This document shows positions 30,463 to 40,915 of a DNA stretch of 64,000 nucleotides, piece after piece (within the stretch, counting starts at the first letter, position 1; each line of letters begins with the position of its first letter). Origin of the DNA: Nitrospirota bacterium (GTDB lineage: Bacteria; Nitrospirota; Nitrospiria; Nitrospirales; Nitrospiraceae); contig CAVPBK010000006.1 of assembly GCA_963701855.1 (NCBI GenBank), positions 736,001-800,000 of the forward strand. Reading direction: 5' to 3'. The notes beneath the pieces were generated by a model. The model saw only the letters and a program-made list of their open reading frames with translations, searched no databases and had not been told where the DNA came from. Position numbers and translations under genes: made by a program.

Positions 30463-30736
30463 AAAACAACTCGCGAGGGAATGGGAGAGGGCAACCCGTC
30501 CCCCGCTCGGTCATGGCGGGCCCCAGACAGTCATGCGGGCTTCGCCGGTAAGTCGAAGGGGGCTCCAACCCTCGTCGCGGAACTTACGCTCGCGAGTCCC
30601 GTCCCCTCTTGTTTGTGCCCGAGTGTTCCTATGTTCACCCTAGATTTGTCCGCCTCTTTTCGTTACTCTGACGGGCATGCCTTGCGCCGTCGTGAAATTG
30701 AATTCCGTTGCGTGTTGAATCTGGAGTGACAGGAGC

Positions 30737-31702
30737 ATGTGGGCTCAACGGATGGTTCCCGTCGTGGTGATCAGTCTGTGGGTGGCGGGGTGGTTCCTCG
30801 GCCTCGCCCTTGCCAACGAGCCGGTCCCTGCCAAACCAGAATCAACCCCAGTCAAGCCTGAATCGGGTCCGGCAAAGTTGGAGTCTTCGCCGGTCAAACC
30901 ACGCTCAGCAGGGAGTGACACAAAGCCGGCGGAGAAGACGCAACATCCGACCAACGGAAGCCCCGCCTCGAAAGCCACTGTCCTCCCAGCGACGATCCTC
31001 GGCAAGGATGGGGCACCCATGGTGCTGGTGCCGGCCGGGGAGTTTCCGATGGGGAGCGAGCAGGGCGATGACGACGAGCAGCCCGTCCACCGCGTCTTTC
31101 TCGACAGTTTTTATCTGGACACGTTCGAAGTGACGAACGGGCAGTTTGCGAAGTTTGTCGTCGCGATTCAGAGTGAACCACCGTGGGGGTTTGCGGACCA
31201 GGAGACGCCGGTGCTCCATGCCGAGCGGCCGGTGCGCTGGGTGAACTGGCTGGAGGCCACGGGCTATTGTCTCTGGGCGGGGAAGCGCTTGCCGACCGAA
31301 GCCGAGTGGGAGAAGGCGGCCCGGGGCCCGGAGGGCCGCCTCTATCCGTGGGGGAGCGATCCCCCGACGCCCCTGCATGCGGTCTTTGGGTTGAAGGAAG
31401 GGACGGAGACGGTCTCGCCCATTGGGGATCGGAACAAGGGCACCAGCCCCTATGGGGTCCATGATCTGGCCGGCAATCTCTATGAATGGGTCGCCGACTG
31501 GTACGACGATGCGTTCTACACGCCGCTGCCTGCGCTCAATCCCCGGGGCCCGATGGAGGGCACGACGAAGGTACAGCGCGGCGGCTCGTACATCAATGGG
31601 CCGTATCGGCTCCGGGCCGCCTTTCGGACAAAAAGCGACCCCACCGAGCATGACCCCCACGTCGGCTTTCGCTGTGTGCAAGACGTGCCGCCCCTGCCGT
31701 AG
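30737..31702 (+). CDS. formylglycine-generating enzyme (SUMF1/EgtB/PvdO) family exported protein
   Basis: PAGEFPMGS, EVTNGQF, RLPTEAEWEKAARG, DLAGNLYEW, GFRC; signal peptide plus KPES repeats. Confidence 0.92.
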   Translation: MWAQRMVPVVVISLWVAGWFLGLALANEPVPAKPESTPVKPESGPAKLESSPVKPRSAGSDTKPAEKTQHPTNGSPASKATVLPATILGKDGAPMVLVPAGEFPMGSEQGDDDEQPVHRVFLDSFYLDTFEVTNGQFAKFVVAIQSEPPWGFADQETPVLHAERPVRWVNWLEATGYCLWAGKRLPTEAEWEKAARGPEGRLYPWGSDPPTPLHAVFGLKEGTETVSPIGDRNKGTSPYGVHDLAGNLYEWVADWYDDAFYTPLPALNPRGPMEGTTKVQRGGSYINGPYRLRAAFRTKSDPTEHDPHVGFRCVQDVPPLP

Positions 31703-31712
31703 GCCGCGCGGC

Positions 31713-32438
31713 CTAGCGTGCCGCCTTGGCCTCGCGTTTCGTCGGGCTGCCGGCGGGCGGACCGGCAAGGAAGGGATAGACCACGCCTGCAAGGGCGCCG
31801 CCCAGGATCGGCGCGACCCAGAAGAGCCAGAGTTGTTGCAGGGCCCAGCCGTCGGCAAAGACGGCCGTGGCGGTGCTGCGCGCCGGGTTGAGGGAGAGAT
31901 TGGTGACCGGAATCCCGGCCCAATTGATCAGGGCCACGGCGAGGCCGATGGCCAAGGGGGCGAAGCCCTGGGGGGCCCGGCTGTCCGTCGAGCCCAGAAT
32001 GATCAGGAGGAAAAAAAAGGCGAAGACGGTCTCGGCGCAGAACCCGGCCAGCAGGGAATAGCCGGCTGGAGAGTGCTCGCCATAGCCATTGGAGGCGAAG
32101 CCGCCGGGGACGAAGCCGGCCCGCCCGGTGGCGATGAGATAGAGCACCCCGGCCCCGAGAATCCCGCCGATCACTTGGGCGGCAAGATAGCCCGGGACTT
32201 CGTGGGCGGGGAAGCGCTTGCTGAGCAGGAGCCCGATGGTGACCGCGGGGTTAATATGGCAGCCCGAGATATGGCCGAAGGCGTAGACCGCCGTGACCAC
32301 GGCCACTCCGAAGGCAAACGCGATCCCGACGACCCCGATGCCGAGCTGCGGAAGGCCGGCGCTCAGGAGGGCGCTCCCGCAGCCGGCAAAGACTAACCAG
32401 AAGGTGCCGAGCGCTTCGGCGGCGAGTCGTGGCCCCAT
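31713..32438 (-). CDS. aqpZ: aquaporin Z
   Basis: [11 protein letters not shown] and [12 protein letters not shown] motifs; [12 protein letters not shown]. Confidence 0.95.
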   Translation of the reverse strand: MGPRLAAEALGTFWLVFAGCGSALLSAGLPQLGIGVVGIAFAFGVAVVTAVYAFGHISGCHINPAVTIGLLLSKRFPAHEVPGYLAAQVIGGILGAGVLYLIATGRAGFVPGGFASNGYGEHSPAGYSLLAGFCAETVFAFFFLLIILGSTDSRAPQGFAPLAIGLAVALINWAGIPVTNLSLNPARSTATAVFADGWALQQLWLFWVAPILGGALAGVVYPFLAGPPAGSPTKREAKAAR

Positions 32439-33233
32439 CGTGCCTCCTCGGATCGTGTCGTGCGATTTCCCGCACTATGCCCGGAGCCGTGCCAAAGTGC
32501 AAGCGGCCTTGGAGCCAGGCTGGCGAGGGTCGTCGCTCTTCGGACTAGCCTATGATCGGGAGGAGACAATGAGCAAAAAGGAGGCGAAGAATTACAGGCT
32601 ATCAAGCGATACCAATGTGAGTTCAATCCTGCTCCAGCCTGAAATCAAACTCTCCCAATACGGCCATAGCAACTTCTTTCTTCCGCGATCACTTCGCCGA
32701 TATCCAGCAATCCCCGTGGGTATGTTTTATGCGGATGTGTCAAAGGGAGAAATAAAATTCTCCATTGACACATTTTTCTAATGGGCGTAAGAGAAATCTA
32801 CGGCCCATTCATTCACTCGATCAGGGGGACTGGACAGGGCGCGCGACTGTTAACGGGTTCCCCCGCCAACTTTCCAAAGAGAGGAGGGTAGCGATGGATG
32901 ACCTGACTCCACCTGGCCACACAGGCCCGCCGATTCGAGGGCGGGTTTCTGATCGGTCGTGCTAGCCGGTTCTCCACTGGCTGTGTCGTAACGACAGCAA
33001 AGACCAATAGGTTACTAGCCGATTTTCATCTTGGAGAACTCGACGCTGGCACGAGGAACATAAGCGCCTGGGATGATTTTATTTTCTCCCGATCAGCAGC
33101 CCAATGCTTTAGTTGTCGCGCGGGCCTCAGTTTTATTAGCTGGGCCGAGACAATCACATAGCTGACCCGGCGTCCTAAGCGCCACGAACGGGCGACCTCC
33201 CACCTCAGTGCAGGGTCGCCCGTGCCGTTCTAA

Positions 33234-33511
33234 CAGGCTGTTGAAAAAGTCGTTCTTCTCACCCGCCCAACCCAGGCGGATATTTCACCCACCCACCCTG
33301 AGTCTGCCAAGACAGCCTCTTTGCCCAGGGACGCACCTTTTCTCATGCAGCGTTCTCACATCGTTCAGATCCTCCAGGTACCCCAGAGGGTAAGCTCTCG
33401 GCCCTTCACTCGCTGCGGCCTTATTGAACAGCCTGCGGGTTCAGCTGAGACCTTCCGTGAGTTCACCCAATCCTGGATTCTTCTAGTCCACAGTAACTCT
33501 TCAGCATCCTG
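33234..33511. mobile_element. composite MITE (family A core)
   Basis: CAGGCTGTTGAAAAAG start, reverse family-A core, TTCAGCATCCTG end. Confidence 0.65.
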
Positions 33512-33520
33512 CTAGATTTG

Positions 33521-34888
33521 TCAGGGTTTGTGCTGGGGAAACGTACGGCGTTTGCGCCAGAAATAATAGAGCGGAATTCCACTCAGGACAGTCACCGCGC
33601 CATACAACGATTCTGTAGGACGTTGGACGAGACTGTAAATAACCAATGTAGCGGCTCCGATGACGAGAACTGCGGGCAAGAATGGATAGAGTGGGATGTG
33701 GTATTGGTGGGGGTTCGCGACGCTTGTAGGACGAAGACGAAAGATCGTGGAGAGAGTCAACGCCATGAACAATGAGAGAACGAGGCCACTGTAAACAAGG
33801 AGTTGCTCGAAGGTTCCGCTCAGAATGAGCAACGATGCCCAGAGGCTTTGAAAGACGATGGCGCGAACCGGCGCCGCAGTGCCGGGATGAAGATGCGCAA
33901 GCCATGAACCGATCATGCCGTCGCGAGCCATGGCCCAATAGACGCGAGGCCCTGCCCAGGTCATGGCGCTTACTGCCCCTGCAATGGAGAGACAGAGAAT
34001 GGCGGCCACAAGCCGCCCGCTCTCCGGCCCCCACAAAGCTGTGGCTGTCTTCTCCACGACCGGGATAATCGGTTCCTGTGCCAGCTCCGTGATCGACAAC
34101 GCCGATAGATAGACGACGTTCAGCAGCAGATAGATCGTGGCGACGAAGGCAGTGCCCCCGATCATGATCTTCGGCAAAGTCTGCCTGGGATCGACCATGT
34201 CGCCGGCAATGTACCCTGCAACGTTCCAGCCTAGATAACAGTAGGTCACAATCACAAGCGCAATGGCAGATGCCCCAAGCGTCGGCTGTTGCATGGTGGA
34301 CCTGACAAGGAGATTGTCCCCGTGCCCAATCACCGCTGCGAACCCACCGAGAATCAATCCCCCAATGGCGACGACCTTTGTAGTCGTCAACAGCAATTGC
34401 ATGCGGCCGCCAGCTCCCACACCTCGACAATGCATGGAGGTTAGTATCCACAGCAGAGAGAGCGAGAGACCCTTCGCCACCCATCCCTGCGCATCTTCGA
34501 TCGGGACGACGCGCAGAGCATAGGACGAAAAACTGATGGCTGAGGCCGCGACTGCCGCACCAAAGCCGATCGTAAAGGAGGTCCAGCCACTGAGAAATGC
34601 CACCAGTGGTCCGTAGGCCTCTCGCAGGTAGACGTAATCGCCTCCCGCATGAGGTAGAGCGGCTCCCAGCTCTCCATAGACCATGGCACCACCGAGAGCA
34701 AAGAGCGCTCCGACGAACCACAACAGGAGAATCAGCATCGGGTCACCGAGATCGCGGGCCATCAATCCCGTGGTGGTGAAGATCCCGCCCCCAATGATGT
34801 TGCTCACCAGGACGCAGGAAGCTGTGAACCAACCGATCTTCTGCGTGGTTGATTTGAGGCTTGGCTCGCTGATTGAGAAATGGCTCAT
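33521..34888 (-). CDS. APC-superfamily amino acid permease
   Basis: NIIGGGIF, ELGAALPHAGGDYVYL, RVYWAMARDG; about 12 TM helices. Confidence 0.92.
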   Translation of the reverse strand: MSHFSISEPSLKSTTQKIGWFTASCVLVSNIIGGGIFTTTGLMARDLGDPMLILLLWFVGALFALGGAMVYGELGAALPHAGGDYVYLREAYGPLVAFLSGWTSFTIGFGAAVAASAISFSSYALRVVPIEDAQGWVAKGLSLSLLWILTSMHCRGVGAGGRMQLLLTTTKVVAIGGLILGGFAAVIGHGDNLLVRSTMQQPTLGASAIALVIVTYCYLGWNVAGYIAGDMVDPRQTLPKIMIGGTAFVATIYLLLNVVYLSALSITELAQEPIIPVVEKTATALWGPESGRLVAAILCLSIAGAVSAMTWAGPRVYWAMARDGMIGSWLAHLHPGTAAPVRAIVFQSLWASLLILSGTFEQLLVYSGLVLSLFMALTLSTIFRLRPTSVANPHQYHIPLYPFLPAVLVIGAATLVIYSLVQRPTESLYGAVTVLSGIPLYYFWRKRRTFPQHKP

Positions 34889-34955
34889 AGCGTTGGTGGT
34901 TGGATGAGAATCGGGGGCTTTCTTTTCTTCCTCTCCTTCCCTACCATACTGAGCG

Positions 34956-35951
34956 ATGCCTGGGAAGCAACCAAAAGCCCCCCGTGCCGTCGGTGTCGTG
35001 CGACGTCGTCGCCAGCCTGCCCATGTGTCGGCCGGTTTGAACGCGATCGAACTCCAAGCCGCTGCGCCTCCGAACGATGTTGCTGACCTGCATAGAGCGA
35101 TCGAGGGTGATGGCGGGAAGGTTTTCGCGATCTATCGGGAGCCCTATGGTGGACGCTGGCTGTTGCTGGCAGCCTTGCCGATTGCACTCGTTGAGCCGAC
35201 CCCTTTTCAGCGCAATCTCTCCGAAACGCACGTTCGCAAGCTAGAGCTCGTAATCGGCAAGATCGGACGATTTCTCGATCCGATCATTGCGGTGCGCGCG
35301 CCAAAGAGTGAGCAGGCCGCGAGATACTGGACCCCCAACGGCAACCATCGGCTCTCGGCGATGAAGACGCTGATGGCGAAGAGCATTGTCGCGATTGTAG
35401 TGCCGGAGGTAGCCGTGGCCTATCAAATTCTGGCATTGAATACGGAAAAGGCGCATAACCTGCGGGAGAAATCGCTGGAAGTGATTCGGATGTACGAGGA
35501 GCTGGCCCATCTCGATGACGCGACCGAAGAGATCTACGCGCTGGAGTTTGAAGAGCCTAGCTTCATTACGCTCGGTCTCTGCTACAAAGAACGGCCACGA
35601 TTCAGCGGCGGAGCTTATCATCCCGTACTCAAGCGAGTAGAGGAGTTTCTCAAGAAGCCGATGCGCACGACGATTGAACTGCGGCGGAAGCGGGCGCGCA
35701 CGGTGCTCGTACTTGACGATGAGATTGTGAAGCAAGTCGAGGCGCTCAAGGCACGGGGATTGACAAGTCCTTATCTGAAGAGCTTCCTGGTCGCGCGTGT
35801 GAATCCCATCCGCTTCCGGCCAAAGGATGCTCCTCCCCTGTCATTCGATGACGCACTGGATCGGATGACCAAAGCCGCGGAGAAATTCAATCCCGAGAAG
35901 ATCAAGCTTGACGATCTGGCAAAAACAGGCGGCGCGCCGGACGAAGGCTAA
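34956..35951 (+). CDS. ParB N-terminal (ParB/Srx) domain protein
   Basis: PTPFQR, FLDPII, TPNGNHRL, ALNTEKAHNL. Confidence 0.75.
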   Translation: MPGKQPKAPRAVGVVRRRRQPAHVSAGLNAIELQAAAPPNDVADLHRAIEGDGGKVFAIYREPYGGRWLLLAALPIALVEPTPFQRNLSETHVRKLELVIGKIGRFLDPIIAVRAPKSEQAARYWTPNGNHRLSAMKTLMAKSIVAIVVPEVAVAYQILALNTEKAHNLREKSLEVIRMYEELAHLDDATEEIYALEFEEPSFITLGLCYKERPRFSGGAYHPVLKRVEEFLKKPMRTTIELRRKRARTVLVLDDEIVKQVEALKARGLTSPYLKSFLVARVNPIRFRPKDAPPLSFDDALDRMTKAAEKFNPEKIKLDDLAKTGGAPDEG

Positions 35952-35965
35952 TAAAGGAGGTTACA

Positions 35966-36375
35966 TGCCCTATTTTATTCTTGGCTTGTCATTGATACTG
36001 TATGGGCTCAGTCTAAACCCGTCTGCGCTGGCCGCCGAGATCATGCCCATTGCCAAGATTATGGAACGTCCTGCGGACTATCAGGCCAAAGTCGTAATCG
36101 TGGAGGGACGGGCGAGGGAGGTGATGGAGCTGCCACCTCGATTCAGGGTGCATCGCTGCGCCGGGGGACCCGTCTACGACGCACAACTGTTCACGCTGCA
36201 GGACCAATCCGGGTCCATCCAGGTAGGAGTGGCCGGGACTTGCAAGCCGAATGCGATGCAACCGGTTGTCGAGGATGAACGTTTGCGCATCCGTGGAGTC
36301 GCGGTCGCAGATGAACAGGATCCTCGAGGGATTCCCATCATTTACGCAGACGCCATCGACCGCATGACACCCTAA
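35966..36375 (+). CDS. exported OB-fold-like protein
   Basis: AGGAGG RBS; signal peptide; PADYQAKVVIVEG...FTLQDQSGSIQV. Confidence 0.6.
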
Positions 36376-36402
36376 TCTGAATCTACTTTTGAAGGGAGAA
36401 TC

Positions 36403-36756
36403 ATGATGAGCTTAGCCGACAATACATGCGTGCCCTGCCGAGGTGGGGTGCCGCCGCTTCCTGCCGATCGGACACAGGCGCTCTTAAAGGAACTCGGCCG
36501 CGGCTGGTCGTTGAATGCCCAAGGACATCTTGAGCGCTTGTATACGTTCAAGGATTTTGCCCAGGCCTTGGCCTACGTGAACAAGGTGGGTGCCGTGGCA
36601 GAAGCGGAAGGCCACCATCCTGATCTCTATCTTGCCTGGGGTAAGTGCAGGGTCGAAATATGGACGCACAAGATTAACGGCCTGACGGAGAGCGATTTTT
36701 ACATGGCCGCCAAAGCTGATCGCGAGTTTGAACCGTTTCGCGGAGCTGCCAGTTAA
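36403..36756 (+). CDS. phhB: pterin-4-alpha-carbinolamine dehydratase
   Basis: CVPCRGG, FKDF, AEAEGHHPDL, WTHKINGLTESDF. Confidence 0.95.
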   Translation: MMSLADNTCVPCRGGVPPLPADRTQALLKELGRGWSLNAQGHLERLYTFKDFAQALAYVNKVGAVAEAEGHHPDLYLAWGKCRVEIWTHKINGLTESDFYMAAKADREFEPFRGAAS

Positions 36757-36799
36757 CCGCAAATCAGGATGGTTGCACCATGAACCCACAAGGCAACAG

Positions 36800-38659
36800 A
36801 TGAGCGACAAGGCCCAGGTGGCGCTCGTCAATATGCCGTTCAGCTACTCGAAGTATCCCTCGATCCAACTGGGCACACTCTCGGCGCTGCTCAAATCAAA
36901 GGGCATCCCCGTCGATTGTCATCATCTCAACGTCCGTTTTGCCCACAAGATCGGCGTGCCCCTCTATGAAATGGTCTGCGAAAAACGGGCTCTGTTTGGC
37001 GAATGGATTTTTTCATACCTCTTGTTCCGCGACAACCCGAAACGCGCTGAGTATCCTCACCTGTTTAAGCCGGTGTTCGAGCAACTCGCCAAGGAAAGCG
37101 GCCATCCAGCCTCATTCTTCGAAAACATGGCGGCGAGAAGTGCGCCACAGTTCTTAACCTGGGCTCTAACCTCCATCGACTGGGGGCAATACAAGATTGT
37201 CGGCTTCACTTCCACGTTCGATCAAAATGTCGCGAGCCTGACGATGGCAAAACTCATCAAGGATCTCTATCCCAACGTGATGATCGTCTTCGGCGGAGCA
37301 AACTACGATGGCGAGATGGGACTGGAATACTTCCGAGCTTTCCCCTTCATCGACCATGTCGTGGTGGGAGAGGGAGAAGAGGTGTTCCCGGAATTGGTTC
37401 GATATCTCCTCGCAGGAAAAGTCGGGACCATTCCCACAGGCGTGACGTATCGAGAAGGAGCGGCGATCTCGTTCACTCCCAACCACTCGCTCTTCTCAGA
37501 CTTCGCGAAGACCGGTCCACCCGACTATGACGACTACTATCATCTGCTGGCGGAGTTGGGCGAAGCGGCACAGGGGCTCGATCGAATCTTGTTGTACGAA
37601 GGTTCGCGAGGCTGTTGGTGGGGGGAAAAACATCACTGTACGTTTTGCGGGTTGAACGCGCAAAGCATGAAATTTCGGGCTAAATCGTCCGAGCAAGCGG
37701 CCCGGGAGATGGCCTACCTTTCTAACCGCTACGATACGGCCCGATTTCGCCTGGTGGACAACATCATTGATATGAAATATATCGAGAGCCTCTTCGGTCG
37801 GTTTGCGGCTGACCATTGTGACCTCGATGTATTTATCGAAACCAAGAGCAATCTTCAGAAGAGCCAGATTCGAACGCTCGCTGCCGGGGGGGTCAAATGC
37901 ATGCAGCCGGGCTTAGAGAGCCTGAGCATCAATCAACTACAGGCGATGGATAAGGGCGTGACGCCGATGCAGAATATTATCTGTCTTAAGTGGAGTTCCT
38001 ATTATCATGTCGCGGTGTCCTGGAATATCTTGCTCGGATTTCCCGGAGAAACGAATGAGGATTACCGCCGGCAGATCGACCTGATTCCCTCATTGTTCCA
38101 TCTGCACCCACCGGAAGCCACCGGGAAGTTCTGGCTGCAACGATTCAGTCCCTATTACACCAAACCACACGAATATGGAGTCCGCATCACCGGTCCCTGG
38201 ATGGCATACGAGTATGTCTACGATGCCAGGCAGGTGGATTTGAGGAAGATTGCCTACGATTTTGAGTATGAGCTGGACAATTGGAACGTGGACCAGCAGG
38301 TCTACCAAGAATTAGTCGACCTCGTGCAGGAGTGGCAGAAACTGGCCGAATCAAGCGATCGGCCATTCCTCTATTACTCAAAAGCGATGGACTATGTCAC
38401 CGTCTACGATGGCCGAAACCCAAAAGGACCAATACGAAAGCGCTACGATTGGCCTGCAGCGGGAATCATCGAAGTCTGCAACGAAACGGCAAAAAGTGTC
38501 GAGCAAATCCGCACGTTACTGGCAGCCCGACCTGGTAAGAGCGAGAATGTTGATGCAGAAATCAATCAGGCGCTCGTTGTATTGACGGCTGCACGGATTC
38601 TCTACGAAGAGCGCGGAAAGTATTTCACCCTGGCCGTTCCAGAAAACCCCTACCTTTAG
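36800..38659 (+). CDS. B12-binding radical SAM enzyme, RiPP-maturation (rSAM_ocin_1-like) family
   Basis: LVNMPF..PSIQLGTL, GFTSTFDQ, SRGCWWGEKHHCTFCGLN (Cx7CxxC), QPGLESL, WNILLGFPGE. Confidence 0.85.
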   Translation: MSDKAQVALVNMPFSYSKYPSIQLGTLSALLKSKGIPVDCHHLNVRFAHKIGVPLYEMVCEKRALFGEWIFSYLLFRDNPKRAEYPHLFKPVFEQLAKESGHPASFFENMAARSAPQFLTWALTSIDWGQYKIVGFTSTFDQNVASLTMAKLIKDLYPNVMIVFGGANYDGEMGLEYFRAFPFIDHVVVGEGEEVFPELVRYLLAGKVGTIPTGVTYREGAAISFTPNHSLFSDFAKTGPPDYDDYYHLLAELGEAAQGLDRILLYEGSRGCWWGEKHHCTFCGLNAQSMKFRAKSSEQAAREMAYLSNRYDTARFRLVDNIIDMKYIESLFGRFAADHCDLDVFIETKSNLQKSQIRTLAAGGVKCMQPGLESLSINQLQAMDKGVTPMQNIICLKWSSYYHVAVSWNILLGFPGETNEDYRRQIDLIPSLFHLHPPEATGKFWLQRFSPYYTKPHEYGVRITGPWMAYEYVYDARQVDLRKIAYDFEYELDNWNVDQQVYQELVDLVQEWQKLAESSDRPFLYYSKAMDYVTVYDGRNPKGPIRKRYDWPAAGIIEVCNETAKSVEQIRTLLAARPGKSENVDAEINQALVVLTAARILYEERGKYFTLAVPENPYL

Positions 38660-38805
38660 CCTCTAGCAGGATGCTGAAAAATTCCTCCAGCGACTCTTGC
38701 GCGTGACAAGCGCGACGCCAAGCCCCTACTCCGAGTGTCTCGTTTTCCCCGCCAGTCTTGCGCGTCTTATCCCGTTACCCCGGGGGCAGTATTCCCCCGA
38801 TGTGC

Positions 38806-39138
38806 TCACATCGAGAGTTTGTCGGCGACGTTGCGCATCTGGACGCCGTGCGCGAGGGAAGCGCCGCCTCGGATGGCACAAGCGACGTGGACGGCTTCTG
38901 TCATTTCTTCGATATTCGACCCTTTTTCTAAGGAGGCCTGTGTGTAGGCATCAATACAATAGGGACATTGGACTGCGTGAGCGACGGCAAGAGCGATGAG
39001 AGCTTTCTCTCGCTCCGTCAAGGTTCCTTCAGCGAAGACGGCGCTGTAGTAGGCCATGAATTTCTCCCAAAGATCCTTGCTGCCCTTACCCATCTCGGCG
39101 AACTTGCCTAGGTCGTGGGGATGATAATAGGTTTCCAT
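38806..39138 (-). CDS. AhpD/carboxymuconolactone decarboxylase-like peroxidase (arsenosugar-associated type)
   Basis: YY.P.DL.KF, EREKALIALAVAHAVQCPYCIDAY. Confidence 0.88.
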   Translation of the reverse strand: METYYHPHDLGKFAEMGKGSKDLWEKFMAYYSAVFAEGTLTEREKALIALAVAHAVQCPYCIDAYTQASLEKGSNIEEMTEAVHVACAIRGGASLAHGVQMRNVADKLSM

Positions 39139-39232
39139 AAACGGCTCCGTCCATATGGTGAGTGTTCAATGTTGAATGCTGAAGCGGGGTCCGCTCTTCG
39201 TTCACAATTCATCATTCAACATTGCGGTTCGA

Positions 39233-39517
39233 TTACGCGTTGCTAGGCGGTTCGGGATCAGCCTGCGTGAGCACCTGCGAAAACCGCGTGCCGACAATGC
39301 CGGTCACCTTGGCCATGAGGTCGGTCACCTCTTGCCATTCCTGCGGCCGTAAATCCTGTTTCAGTTGTGGATGAATCACCCATTGGGCATCGACTTGTGT
39401 TCCCTTTCGGCTCACGAGCACCCGAAGCAGTTCCACATCCTTGGTGCGTGAATCGGCCCCTGCGTCTTGAGGTGGGTTTCCGTTTGGTTGTCCCGATGGA
39501 AGCGTTGAACGTGCCAT
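39233..39517 (-). CDS. hypothetical protein (94 aa)
   Basis: AAGGAG RBS upstream; protein-like composition. Confidence 0.65.
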   Translation of the reverse strand: MARSTLPSGQPNGNPPQDAGADSRTKDVELLRVLVSRKGTQVDAQWVIHPQLKQDLRPQEWQEVTDLMAKVTGIVGTRFSQVLTQADPEPPSNA

Positions 39518-39659
39518 GCAATCAATCTCCTTCCCTTTTGTAGTAGGAGATCATACTTTATCGTCATTCTGTCTGTATATCTGCCAGGAATCCCTTGTGG
39601 TCGGACTGGACTGTTCGGCCATCTGGCTGGTCTGGTGCGAGGATAGCGGGACTGAGCCT

Positions 39660-39840
39660 TAATCCGCATTATTCGTGAAGATTCGTCCCGAAAGCGTGCG
39701 GACGTGAAGCGAGACAGGCACTCGGAGCCATCAAGCCCTGAGACATACTCGTGCAATATGTCGAAGGGTGAACGGCGAGACTGCCCGTCGTAGCAGCGTA
39801 TCCGCGTTTGCAGCAGAAGCTTCATGAATAATGCGGGTTA
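39660..39840. mobile_element. MITE (family C)
   Basis: TAATCCGCATTATTCGTGAA ... TTCATGAATAATGCGGGTTA; overlaps the suhB stop codon. Confidence 0.75.
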
Positions 39841-40656
39841 AGAGGCAATCGTATTTTCTTTGAGCAGCTCAAGCATGGCTTGCTGGATAGGCCCGTTACT
39901 TGCGACCAGTTCGCGCCCGTAAATAGAGTGCGGAGCACCTTTGAAGTCCGTTACCTGGCCACCAGCTTCGCGGAGAATGACGACTCCCGCCGCCATGTCC
40001 CAAGGGTTCAGTGTCACTTCCCAAAATCCATCGAACCGGCCGGCCGCGACATAGCAAAGATCCAGAGCTGCCGTTCCAGTTCGCCGCAATCCTTGTACTT
40101 TTAGGGCGAATCGCGCGAAGTGATTTAAGTTATTGTTCGGGGTTTCGCGAATGTCGTAGGCAAATCCGGTCACGAGGAGTGCACGGTCGAGATGGTCCGT
40201 CGCGGACACGGAAATGGGGGCTCCGTTGAGATAAGCTCCACAACCGATTCGCGCAGTGAAAAGTTCGTCTCGAGTCGGGTCGTAGACCACCCCGATAATC
40301 CCGCGTCCGTCACATTCCAGCCCGATGGACACGCAGTAGGCGGGAAACCCGTGGGCGAAGTTGGTTGTGCCATCAAGCGGATCAATCACCCATTTGTAAC
40401 GGGATGGAAATTCCTCGGTCAGCCCACGTTCCTCGGCAAGGACATGATGGGTTGGGAACGCCTCGTGGATGACCTCGATGATCCGTTGCTCCGCCTGACG
40501 GTCGGCATCGGTGACAAGATTGATGATCTGCTTATGCTCAATCCGAAAACCAGTGCGCGTGCAATCTGTTAGAACGGCTCCAGCCTGGCGGGCCGCGTCG
40601 ATGGCAACTGAAAGAAGTGTGTCGGAAGGGATATCCTGGTCATACGGTAAGGACAT
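39838..40656 (-). CDS. suhB: inositol monophosphatase SuhB
   Basis: WVIDPLDGTTNF, RRTGTAALDL, PWDMAAG. Confidence 0.93.
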   Translation of the reverse strand: MSLPYDQDIPSDTLLSVAIDAARQAGAVLTDCTRTGFRIEHKQIINLVTDADRQAEQRIIEVIHEAFPTHHVLAEERGLTEEFPSRYKWVIDPLDGTTNFAHGFPAYCVSIGLECDGRGIIGVVYDPTRDELFTARIGCGAYLNGAPISVSATDHLDRALLVTGFAYDIRETPNNNLNHFARFALKVQGLRRTGTAALDLCYVAAGRFDGFWEVTLNPWDMAAGVVILREAGGQVTDFKGAPHSIYGRELVASNGPIQQAMLELLKENTIAS

Positions 40657-40857
40657 GGGACGGCATCATAGCACGAGACTGTTTTTCTACGAATATTCAA
40701 GGAAGAGAACTCTCGAACGGGAAACAATCCAAGTTATTTAGACCAAAACTAACCGATTCTTTGGCATTCTTACTGACCGAGCAGATGACACTGAACGCAA
40801 GTACGGACACGATTTAAAGCGATCATGCCATGCAAGCCACTATTGTAACTTTATATA

Positions 40858-40886
40858 TTGACTTGCTACGCAAGCAATGATATAAA
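40858..40886 (+). promoter_or_regulatory. sigma70 promoter with extended -10 and spacer palindrome
   Basis: TTGACT-N17-TATAAA with TGn before the -10; TTGCT-N5-AGCAA inverted repeat spans the spacer. Confidence 0.6.
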
Positions 40887-40915
40887 GCAAGCATGCTTCA
40901 TCTGGGGGCAAGTTT

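Noticed and set aside
30478..30575. GGGCAACCC as a c-di-GMP-I riboswitch
   Set aside because: No GAAA tetraloop or GACGCAAAG junction.
31422..32396. 324-aa plus-strand ORF
   Set aside because: Antisense shadow of GC-rich aqpZ.
32568..32781. Small ORF MSKKEAKNY... with GGAG RBS
   Set aside because: No recognisable motif; cannot be supported beyond the RBS.
39167..39226. CAATGTTGAATG/CATTCAACATTG inverted repeat as ncRNA
   Set aside because: Adequately explained as a simple intergenic hairpin of short repeats.
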